Assembly (NCBI RefSeq): GCF_000150275.1
Contig: NW_002060949.1
Span: forward strand, 3,540,449 to 3,604,448
DNA from: Trichoplax adhaerens
Taxonomy: Eukaryota > Animalia > Placozoa
Length of the DNA stretch: 64,000 bases
Direction: 5' to 3'
The stretch's first letter is position 1, and every line of letters starts with the position of its first letter. Both the position numbers and the translations under genes were made by a program. Positions 42,601 to 62,301 of the stretch are shown here, piece by piece. Below the pieces are notes generated by a model, which did not search any database, was not told the DNA's origin, and saw only the letters and a list, made by a program, of their open reading frames with translations.

Positions 42601-45600
42601 TACTTCTTTGTGGTTATCTTCTTCTTGCTGATCAGTGGGTGCTGCTATCGCTTCAGAGTAATGTTCTGTAGGCTGAGCTTGCTCTAGCTGTGCTTCATAA
42701 ATCCTCTCTTCTTCGTCTGGCAGATTATTTTCTAGTACCTCTTCTTTTTCTATAGCAATTACTGCTTCATCATTATCCTGATGATGTAAATCACTATCAT
42801 CTTGTACAGGGTGCTCATCTTGGATATTATCATCGTTATCCAAATAGTCAGTTTTTTCTTCACGATCAGATTCACTTTCTTTATCATTAAAGCGCTGATT
42901 TACTTCAGAATCATCAATTATTTCTTCATCTTTGAATCTGTTTTCGGTCATCTCTTCTAGATCTTTATCAACATCATTATATAGTTCTATACGTACATTA
43001 GGTTAACAAGAAATTTTTAATAAGTAATACCCTTATATATATTTTAAACATTTATCTAAGCTATACTCTAACATTTGCTACATACCAACTTTTAAAGAAG
43101 ACTGACTTATTTTATATTACTAAGATCTTAAAGAGTGAATTATGGTAGGATTGAAATCAAGTCATTTCAATTTAACACATAATTTAGACGTCCTAATCAA
43201 ATGCTATTTCTACCGATTAAATTAAATAACAGGTAATATTAATAATAAATTCAAATTTATTATTACCTCCTTGATCATCACCATGGTCCTGACGGTCAAA
43301 ATCTTCAGAACTAGATTCATTGTATGTATATGAAGGAGAAGGATGGTCATCGTCATGATGATCGGATTGATAATCGTTAGGTCGGGAATCCTCTATTAAC
43401 TCCTTGTTATCTTCATGATCTGAAGCCTGTGCTTCAGAATTATAAGCATCATCTTTTTCAAATTCATCTTGATAATAATCCTCTAATTGTTGATCTGCGG
43501 CAGTATCATCATGATCTGAGTGGATAGTTTTCATGTTATCGCTAGGCTCATCTAGAGGATCATTATTATGATCGCTCTCTTCGTCAAACTTGTCATCATC
43601 ATAATCATATTCGCTTTTTTGCTCTTCTTTATTAGCCTGGTATTTGTAACGGATAAGAAATGATATTAAGTAGGATATACCGGCTACAAATAGAATAAAT
43701 TTTTTTAACCAATTAATTATATTATTGAACGTATACAGTAGTATCGTCTACTGACCTGATAGCTAGCTATCATAAATTATTATGTATGACAATTTTAGCG
43801 TATTATTGTTACCTCATTATCTTCTTCGAATTTCTCATCATCGTATTGAGAATATTGATCTTGATTATCGTCATCAGCATCAGATAAATTTTTTAATTCT
43901 TCGCTAGTTTTGTCCTCAAATTTAGTTGATTGAATGTGATCAATATTAAATGAACCTTCTTCTCTTTCAATTGCTGTAATAGCATCTTCCATCTCATCGA
44001 TATCTTGAGATGTAACTGCAGTACTTTCAGTTGTTGTCAAGGTTTGCTCATCTTGTTGTTCAATTTCCTTTTTTTCTTCTTCGCTCATCGAATTCTTTAC
44101 TCGACTTCCATATGCTGTTCTTGGTCTGTTGGAAACATTAAACGTTGAACTATTTTTTAATTCCAATGCTAATTTAACGATACAGTAGTAGCGTAACTAG
44201 TCATTTCTCTCTAATTGCTGATACAGAAATGAGGTACTTTCTTTAACTATCTTAAATAACTGAAATGGTAACCATAATCTTATAGAATCGAATAATCTAA
44301 TTAGTTTACCTTTTGCGAGCCAATTCAATCCCTCGTTGATTAAGAACGGGTATACTCTCGTCAGTTTCGCTCTAAATATGAACAAATATTTAAATGTTAA
44401 TACTCGAATTATTTTATGCTTAGCTTTTAATTTCTTCATGTCATACTGTATGATACGTATAGCTGAGGTCTAGGAAATAATATTTTGCTATATTTAATAA
44501 GAAGTATGCTACATTAAAATGTTAGCCGTTACTTTTAACATTGATCATTATGAATTATAATATAAACACTACTAAACTGGAATCGTTAAGATAAATTATT
44601 TCTTTCACAGCTAAAGATAGTTACTAACATTTGTTTCCAGAGTATCGGTGATTGCAATTTTGGGCTTATTTGGTGATTTTGCTCTGGATAACATCTTTGC
44701 GGTTGCTAAGCATCTATTTATATTAAATATTTGACGATACTTAACAATTTAATACATACACGCGTATATATATATATATCAAGTTAAAATGGCACAGCTA
44801 ACTTCAAGCGTTAATTTTTAATGTATGGTACGTAATTGTATACACTGAATGTCATGAATACCAAGCAAATTGACATACTTATAACAAGGTGCAGCACCAT
44901 CTGCTCCAACATATACAAAGTGGCTGCCTAATTTCTGGCCTGCTCGATGCTTATACTCACAGCAAGCGCTTACACGAATATCTTGCATACCATTAACGTA
45001 AACGGTTAATCCAAAAGGTGATCCGCGATGTCGTCTTGAAGTAAACTTAAAGGTAGCTATAAAGTAAGATAGAAATTGGCAATAGATTAGAATTAATTAT
45101 TGATGTTTCTCATTATAATCGAATATTAGTTACAAATATGAAGATTATAAAATACTCTCTTATATGTTATAATCGCGACAGTAACAATACTTTTCGTAGT
45201 AAAGTACCCAATCGGACAACTAAATAACAATTTTAAAGATTTCATAACCATAAGGGTTTATATCACGCTAAAATTAGACGAATATCTGCTAGCATCAGAG
45301 TTGCGTACTAGTAATTAAATATCATAGTTTGTATTTCACCAATTTATTATCAAAACTGTAGTTACTACATTAGTACGTATAAAATCATAGAGGATACTAC
45401 AACATGTTTGAAACCTTAATAAAGTATATGCATATTTACTTATACTATACTATGGTAAAGGATTGATAATTCATGATATGTTACACTTCTTGCATTTCTA
45501 AATCTTTAGTCAGGTAAATCATAAAACTTACTATTAGGCGTCAATTTCCCTTTATAGATGCATAAAGTGCTTCCTCCACAATGCTGCTGTAGTACTACTA

Positions 45601-48600
45601 CTTCGCAAAGTTGATCGTCTACGGTGCCCTTTAGGCTAATATTTAATCCAAGGAATTTCATTGTAACATTACATAAAGATTGTAGCTGAGAAAGAAAATA
45701 TGAAAACAAAAACTTGTTATTATAATTATAACAAAGAATTCTTTTGTTGGTTTTAAATATTTGGTAAAGTTTAAATTTAAATCCAACGTAAATAAATGTA
45801 TTTGATTGATCATGATGATTTTCTTTATTGACTTCTTACCTGCATTCGATTCCCAGCTACAAATCTTGTGTAAACTGGTATTTTAGGCTCTGATTTCTAT
45901 TTCGAAAATAGTAGAATTGCATTTTAATCTCAGCCACAAAACAGTAAATTTAGCTATGGTTACACAGATATAACTGAAATTTGAAGACTATGTGATGAAA
46001 CTTTATTAATACTAGTAGAAGTAGTAAAGAATAATTAAATTAACGAACTGTTTTCTTGAGTTTCCTCCTAGCGATCGATTTACGTGGAGAACGTTTCGGC
46101 TCTGGTGGCGGTCTTGGCTCTAAGGGTTTCGGTTTTAATAGGAGTTTTGAATATGGCGATTCTAAGCTCCCTGGATCTGTTTTATACGAACCCCAAGCTG
46201 ATGGGTCATCGAAAGGTTTAACCTCCGATATCTAAGATAGAAGGATTATTTTAAATCTTAGTTATCTCGATATAAATTGAATGTGAAGGAAACAGCAAAA
46301 GGATCGGCTATTAAGTAGGCATCTTTATTTAGACATTACTTACATCTTGAAAATGTGATACAACTTTATCCTCGTCCGACATGATTGTGTCAATAACTTC
46401 ATGAAAGGCATTTTTACTAGTTTTTGATTTCCTAGGTTTACGAGCTACGGATGCAGATAATCGACGACGTATTGGAGCTGTCTGTGGTCTTGGTGACAGT
46501 GCTATTATTTGCATATCTCTATCAGCATTCAAATTTTTACTGCGTGATTCCTACCGTATGCAAATGAAAGTTATGTTATTTTCTATAGAAAGAATTATAC
46601 CTTTTGTATTACCACTGAATATCTATTAGATAGCGATAGTATAATAGGTATCATATTGATATTATCAACATAAGTAATGAGTTATTTAATTTTAATGTAA
46701 CGTCATCAAACTGAATATTTAATATCATCCAAAATTACCATAACATGCAATACTAATCTATTAAATTTCAATACCTTTATCCGATATTCAATGCAACTTA
46801 TTATTATTATTATTAATGATCACATGTGCTTGGATTCAAATTGCACTTTACCTTGATATCTTTGATTATTTTATCTCTTGAAATTTCTTCTAGTTTATTT
46901 CTAATTAGTAATCGATGATTTTTCTATTCAGATAAGAATAAAAAGATCAATGTAAGGTATAGGAAATTTCATTTTAAATCAATAGGATTATTTTAAATGT
47001 TGAGATCGTATTTTTTGATTAAATTTTTATCCATTATAATAATTATTATAAGTCAAAAATATTGTTATATTTGGATAAAATTATCTTAATATGACTTGTT
47101 AAATTATCTAATGTTATGTTTAGATATAATATTTTAGGCATCTACCTCCATATCAATCACTTTGTTTACAATAGCTGTTGCTAGGGCATCTTTTAAACGT
47201 CGCTTGTGCTCTTTACGAGCTATCTTTGCTCTCCAAGCTGCTTCATTAACCACTTCACCTTGTTTTGTTATCTGAAGTAAATAGTGTTAATTTAGTATTA
47301 TTATAACAGCTGATATGCTAGTTGTAGTGTTTAGCTTCTGTTTTATAATATTACAATTTTGCTGCATAATGAAGTGGTAGTATAAAAATGAAAATTTTTT
47401 AATATGACAATTTTTCATACGTAGAATATATTATGGTAAATATAAGTTAAAGTTATGTCGGAATTTTATATTTATAATATCTCTAAATGCGATATTACAA
47501 CGCTATATTGTTCGTATTGATGACAATCCTTAACCTTACAATTGATAAAAAAACTGTAAACAATTTTTAAATTGATGATAGCTGACTTACCAATCCAGTT
47601 TTTATTAGGTGCTTTCTTATTCTATTATTGGCAAAGTAGCCAGATAAATGTCTATCTAGTAGACTATTATAAGAACCTAAGGGACTATAATGCAAAGGTG
47701 ATATTTAGTTAGAAAACATTTACTGTATGGGTAAAAAATCATATCCGAACTAATTGATAATATGGAATAGTCAGACAATGGCTAGAAAATCTAGAAATAA
47801 TCGCATGTTGGACGTTCAATCGATAAAAAATAGAAATTGATTGACTTGAACAAAGAACAATTTTAGGTTATCCTTGGTTGTTTTGATGACTAGATCGTGA
47901 GTTTATAATAAAGTGATGGCATGACATGAACTCATTTTCATGGTATCGGTTTATCCACTTTAATCACTTGAATTAAGATGGCAGTCAAGTTTTTTAGTAC
48001 GAAATACAATTATGGAATAGTGTACAATACATAGGAGAAATATAAAATTTACTTTATATGCGAGTGTATATTTAAATTCATGTTATATCATTTTTGAAGT
48101 AATTCTTAGTTTAGGAATGATTATAATTGCAATTAATTGTATGAACACTAGATCTGCTACTTTCCCTATTGAAGTAGATGATAATAAATCAGTCGGGATC
48201 AGTTGACGACAAGTAAGGTTATTGCAATTTGATTTTACTTCTGAATCAGTTTCTATTGCAATTATAATGAATTCAGTCACATTGGTATTATCAATACACT
48301 TTACAAAATTATGTACTAATATGTTAACGTCTTGAAACCGGGATATTAAAGGCAATTTGGACATCTTGTGCTTATCTTGATAGTTATCCATTACGAGGAA
48401 AAAATTTTAAGTTATCGTATTTTTATTGGTATACAATTAGTTCAATTAATTTTTGATAAGGAAATAGGGCGCTGACATTATATTATATATCATTACTAAA
48501 TGATACGCTCTTAAAAAGTTGTATTAGTCTATGGGCTGATAAAATCTTAGTTTACTGTTAAGTATTGTCAATTTAAGTTAGGTTACACACTAAATTTAAA

Positions 48601-49461
48601 TGATTGATAAATTCCAGTGGAGAAAATACAATTTTGGGTTTTGGTACTGAATCATTCTGCTATTTCCTGTATTGCATATTGTATTGTTGTTCCAGAAAAG
48701 GTCTCGATCTTGGTAAATTGAAGATATGAAAGGAAGGCGTAGTAAAGGTAGTATATTGTTTTATTAATTCTAAGCTATCATAAACCACCGGTATTACTAC
48801 TTTATAATATACCGCAGTCTATTTGAAGGTATATATGTACAGTATGTGTGCCTACATGAACTAACGATCGTTTTTATACAAATTGTGTTCTAGTGGTTAT
48901 TGATGGCTAATTCTATTGAGTTACCATTTGGAGTGTGTGGCTGCAAAAAGGTTTATGGAAATATACCAGTGATGTACCAGTAGTTTGGACCTGTCTGTTT
49001 ATCACACTTGATCATCAATTTATGTACTGTAATATACTTCTTCTATTTTGTCAATCTATTAACAACGTTATAGTCGTTGATGTGATTTGATTCTGTAGTC
49101 ATTTAGCGTTGGTAATAAGAGAATATTGGCAATCATTTGTATTAAAATAGGAGAAATCCACTTTTTCTTGACTGAAAGTTTTAATCGTACAGTTATATAA
49201 TATAACATAATTGTGATAGTACGTGTTATTTTATAAATCAAACCTAATAATATCGATGATGTATGTAGAAAATAGAAAAACAAGAAAAACAAGGGACGAC
49301 TAAAAGTATTAAAAACCGATCACTTTTTAAGGGTTTAAAAATGACATCCAAATCACCTTAAGATAAATGTTATGAAGAACAAAAAGAGGTAAAGATGAAC
49401 CTAGAATTTAGGTCTATCTATTTTAGAAGTACGTATACCTTTGATCAACTTGAAACATCAT
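39613..49461 (-). CDS. ERICH3: ERICH3-like protein (N-terminal ERICH3 motif, DUF4590, long D/E-rich region) with a C-terminal RI-type LRR domain resembling LRRC73
   Basis: The N-terminus is MMFQVDQS|PLGSYNSLLDRHLSGYFANNRIRKHLIKTGL|ITKQGEV...KVIDME. DUF4590 motifs are VVVLQQHCGGSTLCIYKG and FTSRRHRGSPFGLTVYVNG...VSACCEYKH...GAAPCY. Acidic exons span about 44170-41013, then phase-consistent exons lead into LNLNLNRIGPEG, LHGNPL, DLGDCNI and LSLDYNRLGDEG. Confidence 0.85.
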
Positions 49462-49768
49462 GTTACGGCTGAACACTGCTTTCCGTGCGTCCTCTTTAAA
49501 AATTTCTAAATGGAGTTTTTCAAACTGCCAACATCAAGAGTTATCTCCAAAGCCTGACTAGAAAAGGGTTTACTTTTACTTTATTTACGATCGTATGTTG
49601 GATAGTCAAAGAGAGTATTCTTATATCTGAATTAGGCTACAGTAGTATCTATATACATACAGATGTATAATACATTGTATTTGTTTGGTTTGACTAGTAT
49701 AGGTAGTAAAGATTTTAGAAGAGTTTCATCGGCTGGAAATTTTACCAGTAGTGTTCTGTACTGTTTAT

Positions 49769-49782
49769 GTTGTCATGGTTAC
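49769..49782. promoter_or_regulatory. RFX X-box upstream of ERICH3-like gene
   Basis: GTTGTCATGGTTAC fits the RFX consensus GTTNYCATGGNNAC about 310 bp upstream of the ATG. AGCATGCGT is at 49788-49796 and a second X-box-like GTCGCTAGGGAAT is at 49837-49849. Confidence 0.6.
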
Positions 49783-50739
49783 TGCAGAGCATGCGTATCA
49801 TTTCAATTAATAAAGCAGCACTATGAAAAGGCTGCAGTCGCTAGGGAATCTCGGCTATTATAAGAAGAATATTTGTATTTACCATTCTACACTCTTTATG
49901 AATAATCAGCTATCAATACTATTGAATAGTACAGTAATAATTTTAATTTTAAAGGTGTTATTTTTCTTTCTATTGATAACCAACTGTGTACTGCTTGCAG
50001 CGCTATCTGTGGCCAATTCATTATGCCGCATTGACGTGGCACCTCAATCTTGCGTGGTATACGGTAGCGGGTAGCATTGATTCCGTGCACCGTCGATGAG
50101 TCAAAATAATTGGACGCTCTCCATAAAAATACATTCTATTCTATGAGCTTCCGTGTGATTAAGTGAAGCATAGCATGCAGTCGCCTAAGTTGATAGCCTG
50201 TATCCTTACACTGTACTGGTGTGGTACTCATCAATGCCTTCAAGGCCTTTGTGAGATTGGCTTCTGTACGCCATCGGAGTGCAAGAATAAAAACCCGACT
50301 CTCTAGCCCTTGGGCATCAATACTGACAAGAGTACGTGTTTTCTTTTCATTTCTATCATCGGCGTTTCAATTTCAATGCTTCATTCAGAGTACAGTAAAT
50401 TCCCTTATTTTTGACTCAGTGAGTCCCTAGCTGTAGAGCGTCATCAGAGTCAATTGGGTCAAAGAAATCGGCTCGATAAATGCAATTGCTGACCAAAAGG
50501 CTGAGTCACCGACTGAATAGGAATCTCTATGTGGATTACTATTGACTTCTGGTCGTCGTTTACAATTAACTTATGAGTCTACAACACTGTCAGCTTTACA
50601 CTGCACAGCAGAGTGGTGTCTATGTCACTATGCAGTACCATCGACTGTACTGTAGTGTCAATATCAGTCTAGTAATGTGATATTCCGACAGTGAAACACA
50701 AACTTGGCCTATTTACTTGGCGTTGAAATGGAAAATCGA

Positions 50740-51135
50740 TGCTTTAGAATGCATACTGTACAACTGGTTCTGTTGAGAGCCATTTTATCGAAGTACAGTC
50801 GAGTTGGAATCATTCTGTCTGGGGCTGCTGTACAGTGTACAGTGTACAGTACTTTAGAATGCATACAGTACTGTACAGTACTTTAGAATGCATACAGTAC
50901 AGTACAGTACAGTACTGTACTGTACAACTCGTTCTGTTGAGAGCCATTTTATACTGTAGAAGTACAGTATGTACAGTACTGTACACTGTACAGTAGAGTT
51001 GGAACCATTCTGTTTGGGGCTACTGTACAGTGTAATACAGTACTGTACATTGTACAAATACTGTACTGTACCGTACATGCTGTAGAGAAAAGTGTGCACT
51101 ACTGTACAGTGTACAGTGTACACTGTACAGTACAG
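50740..51135. repeat. Short tandem duplication overrun by TACAG/TACTG/TACAGTG words, in the ERICH3/STT3A divergent intergenic region
   Basis: tacaact(g/c)gttctgttgagagccattttat occurs at about 50759 and 50923. gagttggaa(t/c)cattctgt(c/t)tggggct occurs at about 50801 and 50996. ctttagaatgcatac occurs three times. These are interleaved with runs such as tacagtacagtacagtacagtactgtactgta. Confidence 0.85.
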
Positions 51136-51464
51136 CAGTAACAATACCTTAATAGACAACGTGTCATTCAATTTTGAAGTGGTGACTGAAGTGAATTGTC
51201 ACGGGCGTCAGGTCTGTCATTCCGGGTGTCGTTCGTTGCAACAGCGGCATGCTCACCCACCTCCCATCTACGTTTGACGTACAGTAGACTGTCGTGACCA
51301 GTGAGTGACTGTACTCTGTGTCTACTCACACAGTATACAGTACGATCTGATAGTCTCACTCGGTTAGTGGTGGAGCGCTTTAGTTTCGAGGAAGGAGTTG
51401 AATCCTTTACTGCTATCACTGGCCATTTTTTTTAGACATTAGATTAGGCAAAATTCAGTGAAAA

Positions 51465-57300
<5,836 letters not shown>

Positions 57301-57988
57301 TGACTTTCTCACTAAAATTTGTGTGATTGTTATACAGTATTTGACGCAAATCAATAAAGTTTTCATATTTCTTCCAAGTACTGACGCTGTTGCCTTCTAG
57401 TTAATTTCTCGATATCAAAAATCGATTCTTGACAAAATTGTACAAGCATGTATTCTAAGCAGGTTTAGTCGCATTAGGTTTTAGTAGTTAATAAGTATCT
57501 GATAAGTAACTGCGCGTAAAGCCATCAATTGAAATAGACTGAATTTTCTTCAACACTTTATTAAAATTTTATCATCAGACAACGTAAACCATTTATATAG
57601 TTTAGGGAACAGAAAACGAAATTATAACAAGTTTTTTGACTTTAAATCGGCGTATATCACCGTCACTCAACTGATAACAATATAGCCAGTAGTGTTCGAG
57701 GCCGTATTTGCTCTTGCATCTAAGAAGAATATTATTTACAGACATGGAAATAAATAATATCAAATTAATTTTAATTTTGAATGATAATCTCTGGCAAGAA
57801 ATCTTCAGTACCACAAAGTAATTCATTAAAAGAAAATTGCATTGTTTGGGATAAATCATAAGGTACTTGATAGACAGTAAACTAATTTATATTAGAATTT
57901 AGAATTTTTAATAAAGCTAAGAATGATAAATATAAATAGATTGTAGTAGCTTTTTATCCCCAATCGGAATAATTTATCCAACTCCATT

Positions 57989-60900
57989 TTATTTTGGTGG
58001 AGTTTGAGATCCAGTATCTGTTTCATTTTTCGATAAGTCCGCATCTTTCATTGTTAGATTTGGTGAACTTGTTTGACGAATAACAATATCCGATGCTCTT
58101 AGTTCGCTGTAAATATTAGTTGATGTAATTAATTTCAGTGATAAAGCAAAATACTTTTCAATTATAATACATGTAAATAATATTATTAGTGAGTTGCTAA
58201 AGCCGTTACGTTGAATTACTATCAATCTTACGTATAAACCTGCTACGTGCTAAGGCTTTAATTGGTATAACATTATATCATCGAGAAAGCGCAGCACTTA
58301 CTGAGAAGGAGTCAATTCCAAAACAGACGAATGATGCCTTTTCTCCCTCTGAGCGTAATCGTTAGAAGAATCGGTTAGCTGAGTTGTTGAAATTTGAAAC
58401 GGTACTCCTGGATTGGTAACAATTATTTGGTCGGCCAATGGATTACTTCTTCTGCAAGCAATGTGACATTTTAAAATATTATTTTAGTGGATAGGAAATG
58501 CAGAAATAAAATCTGCAACTAGAACAAATGTATGAAAGATAGCTAACTCTTACTTTTCACGCTTTTCTCCAATGGTACGAAGCCACTGTAGTAGATTGAA
58601 GTCTGCGACACCTATGGCATTATAACAGTAAAATATAGTATATATAATCGGTTTCATTTTACTTTTTGCTTCTGAAAGAGTAATAATAAGTCTACATAGG
58701 TTTTCTACCTGATGATAAGCCGGGGTTTGTTTGACCGATGTAAATATATAACAACAGTGTTACTGAAATATTAGCTAATGCATATCCCCAATTTGTGACA
58801 AAGCATAAAATAATACAGCTTACGGCCTAATAAAACAAGACATATATATATATATATATACCTTAATAAATTACATTTTCTATATTGAAAAATGCAATAT
58901 TATAACTCTAATATTTATATTAATTTAAATTTTAATTACCCCAGCGAATGATAGCCATCTATTGCATAATTGTGAAAAGGAAGCTTTCGGTTTTCCACTT
59001 ATTTCTAATATTATTTCTAAGTACAATTGGTAAAAATCATTGTTTTAATTTCAAAAACTTTACTCTTCAGTAGAATCAATGTTTTCCTTTTTTACGCTTT
59101 ATTTTGATAATGAATAGTAAATTATAAAGCATATCGATATGGAAACGGACTAAGATTAAAGTAGATTTTTAATACCTTCAGTTGTCTTATTTTGTGATAG
59201 CAATTGTTGCTTATCATCATCGTCATCTCCTATTGCTTCCTCTTGAATATCTGCATGACCATTAAAATTTTTGGATTTTTTGTCGTCGCTAAGACTATCC
59301 TCGATCTTATTATTTCGCTTTTCATCGGTTTGTCCATCATCGTTAATAGTAATTTTAACACCATCCTGCTTAGAATATGTCGCTTGATGGCTTAACGTGC
59401 CATATTCCTTACGGTCGATGCTAGCTTGCTTAGGAAGTGGTACAGAAGGGCTATAGTAGGAACTCATAACACTTTTATTTTTCCTCTCGACTTCATTTAA
59501 CGATTTCCAGCTGTCATCTTCAGTATCATGCCAAATTGTTCTTTCTTGCTGTATTTCTTGCTGCTTATCATAACTCATAGCTAATGCAAAGTATGAATAA
59601 TTTATTGCACTATAGGTAATCATAAATGGCATAGCGACAATTGGACCGAGGGTATTTAGATGACCAATTAAAATAAAAACGAATGATAATAATCCAATTA
59701 TAAGGGTTGCTAGCCAAGGTTCTTTATTTGGTCCTCGCTAAATATATTAGATAAAAAAAATGGCCAAGCTATTGGTTAGCACTCATCATATATAGATATA
59801 TATATATATATATATATATATAAGCATTACGAGGTTTTGTAGCTATAGTTGTTTGTTAATTATTAATATCCTATACGTATCATTCTTTGCAATATTAATG
59901 ACGACAAGGATTTAATATAGTAAGAGTAATTCAATTTACCCCTTTCGATAGATTTTTTAGGATAGGGACAACATCATCTAGTGCAATCTTTTGTAATACC
60001 CTTGGGGCCCCGTATAATCCTCCAAAACATGATGATAACGAAGAGATATATAAACCTATCAGAAAGAGAACAGTAATCCATGATACCTATTTTGAAATTA
60101 TGAAAGTAGTAATTTGAGTTAATTTGAGAGACGAAATCATAGTAATGAAGATTTTTGCTAGATTACATAGTACTGTACTTACCCTACTAGCAATTAAATA
60201 GTCACTGACAAGGGCATCGTTTGTACATACTGAACCAAGTAATATGGCAAAAAGTAGGTAAAGGAATCCACTAGAGTAAAATCAATTAATCTCTTTTAAG
60301 TCCATAGTAAGTAAGTGATGGGTATAACCTTAATAATAATGCCATTAAAGTGACCTATTTTAATTTACCTTACTGCTAAACTAGTTAGCGATCCGGTAGG
60401 TATACTTTTACCAGGATTTTTCAAATCACCACTCATATTTACTCCTGCCATAACACCCGTAGCAGTAGGAAAGAATACACCAAATACAGTAGAAAACGAT
60501 TGGCCGGGTTGGAAATGGGGCCACGTATTATTGATAACCGTTTCTAATTTATAGCCAGTAATACCAAATGCTGCAGTGTAAAAAAGAAAGCAATTATGAT
60601 TGATATTTAAGTATCCATTCTTACATTTCAACAGTTAATTTTTCCATCAGAATGAATGATAATTTTTCATACCAGCATTTGTATCTTTGTGAATAAATGT
60701 GCCTAAGACAAAATCTACAACTGCTAAGCCCAAAAGTCCGAGTAAGACTAATTGTAACTTGATAACCCATTTAACACCAGCTAAAACAATAGCCAGAAGA
60801 ACAAGTAGTGTTAAAGTACTAGTTAATCGAATAATCCAGATATTTTCTGTCCGAAAGACACCAGCCAGTGATTCACTAAATCCTGTTATATATAACGCTG

Positions 60901-62301
60901 TACCGACGGCCTAGTTGCAATACGATATAAATTGTTATTGGTTAAAATAGAATGGATCAGTAACTTAATTTTAAGGTTAGCTCAATACTTAGTAAAATGG
61001 TGAGAAAAAATATGATACCAGTATTAACTACTCATTGAAATGGAAAATTTACTTGTCCGAAACAGTATAGAACGCCAAAAGTTGCACCCCATCGCCTTCC
61101 AAGGACGTGGGATAGCAAAAAGTAAACGCCTCCACTTCCAATTCTCGTACGTTCACATATACCAATAGTTGATAATACTGTAATTAAAGCTATGCCAAGT
61201 GTAATAAGGATGATTACCATGGATAAAATAATCCCGGCGTTGCCCTATTGCCCATATACAGGTAATAATGGTAATCATAATTTATGTAAGTGATGATTCA
61301 CAATAGCAATGTTAAATTTTTTAACTATAATTACTTCATTCAATTTAATTTTTCTAATGCATATATGGTATATCAGAGGTGTAATGTATAAAAATAATAA
61401 GTTTATTTTTCTAGAAGAAAGATTTTATAAGCAATAACTATGACATTCGAAATTTGATACTCTTATATCACAATGCAATAGAAATTTTACGATTTAATAC
61501 TAATTTATAATAATGCTCGATTTAGTGGTAATAGTAAGTATAGTAAATGCGATATGGTATTCATGGAAGATTTTTGGATTAATGGAAAAATATAATCTCT
61601 TGAATAGCTATGTTAAAACTACCAGTTGTTTGCTTTCAAAGATACATTACAGTACCATTGTACTAAATTCATTTAAAATTATATTACTATTTACAGTTGG
61701 TAAAATAATAAATCAAAGAAGAATTACTATCTATACGTTTATATTACTAGCGTCGAGTTGTAGACACCATCTTATCGTTCATTATATAGCATTAACAATG
61801 ATGTTTAAAATGTACCTCGTATAGCATAGGCATAGACGTAAAAGAAAGAATGTAATTCATAGTAGTACTTACAACCATCCAGCCGGTCCTAAGGAAAATG
61901 ACCACACCAAAAATATTAATCATGCAACTAGTAAATACGCCTATATTGAATGAGAATTCAAAAGGAATCAAAATTATTGTTATAAATTAGTTTTCAGTGC
62001 TTAATATACATGGAAAAAATTAAAAGATAATGGAATGTAACGAGAATAATTTGTTGCATGTCTATAAATTTTAGTGTCGCCAATGCAATCATTAAAATAA
62101 CAATTTTTAACGTATATCTATGATTATGAATAGAATCGCTTTGGTTGATTTATTTCACTAATACCCATATATCCAATAGTGTTACTAATTACATTATTAT
62201 GATTAAGGCATAGCTTAACGTTACTTACCGTCCCATGTACCAAATAAAGCGGGCTCTCTGACGAAGAAATTTGCTTTCCACCATGGTTGGAAACCTTTTG
62301 C
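57989..62301 (-). CDS. SLC12A8: Solute carrier family 12 member 8 (CCC9); 5' end not resolved
   Basis: Motifs include [21 protein letters not shown]|[69 protein letters not shown] and YIGQTNPG. The tail [12 protein letters not shown] resembles the SLC12A8 C-terminus. Confidence 0.9.
59795..59821. repeat. (AT)n microsatellite in an SLC12A8 intron
   Basis: A run of about 12-13 AT units. Shorter (AT)n runs occur near 7677, 44765 and 58842. Confidence 0.9.

Noticed and set aside
48083-48391. 102-aa minus-strand ORF inside ERICH3 intron 1
   Set aside because: It has no recognisable motif, and the flanking exons join in phase without it.
50704-51419. Several overlapping short ORFs rich in Y/C/T/V/Q
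   Set aside because: They are translation artefacts of the TACAG/TACTG repeats and GC-richer promoter sequence.
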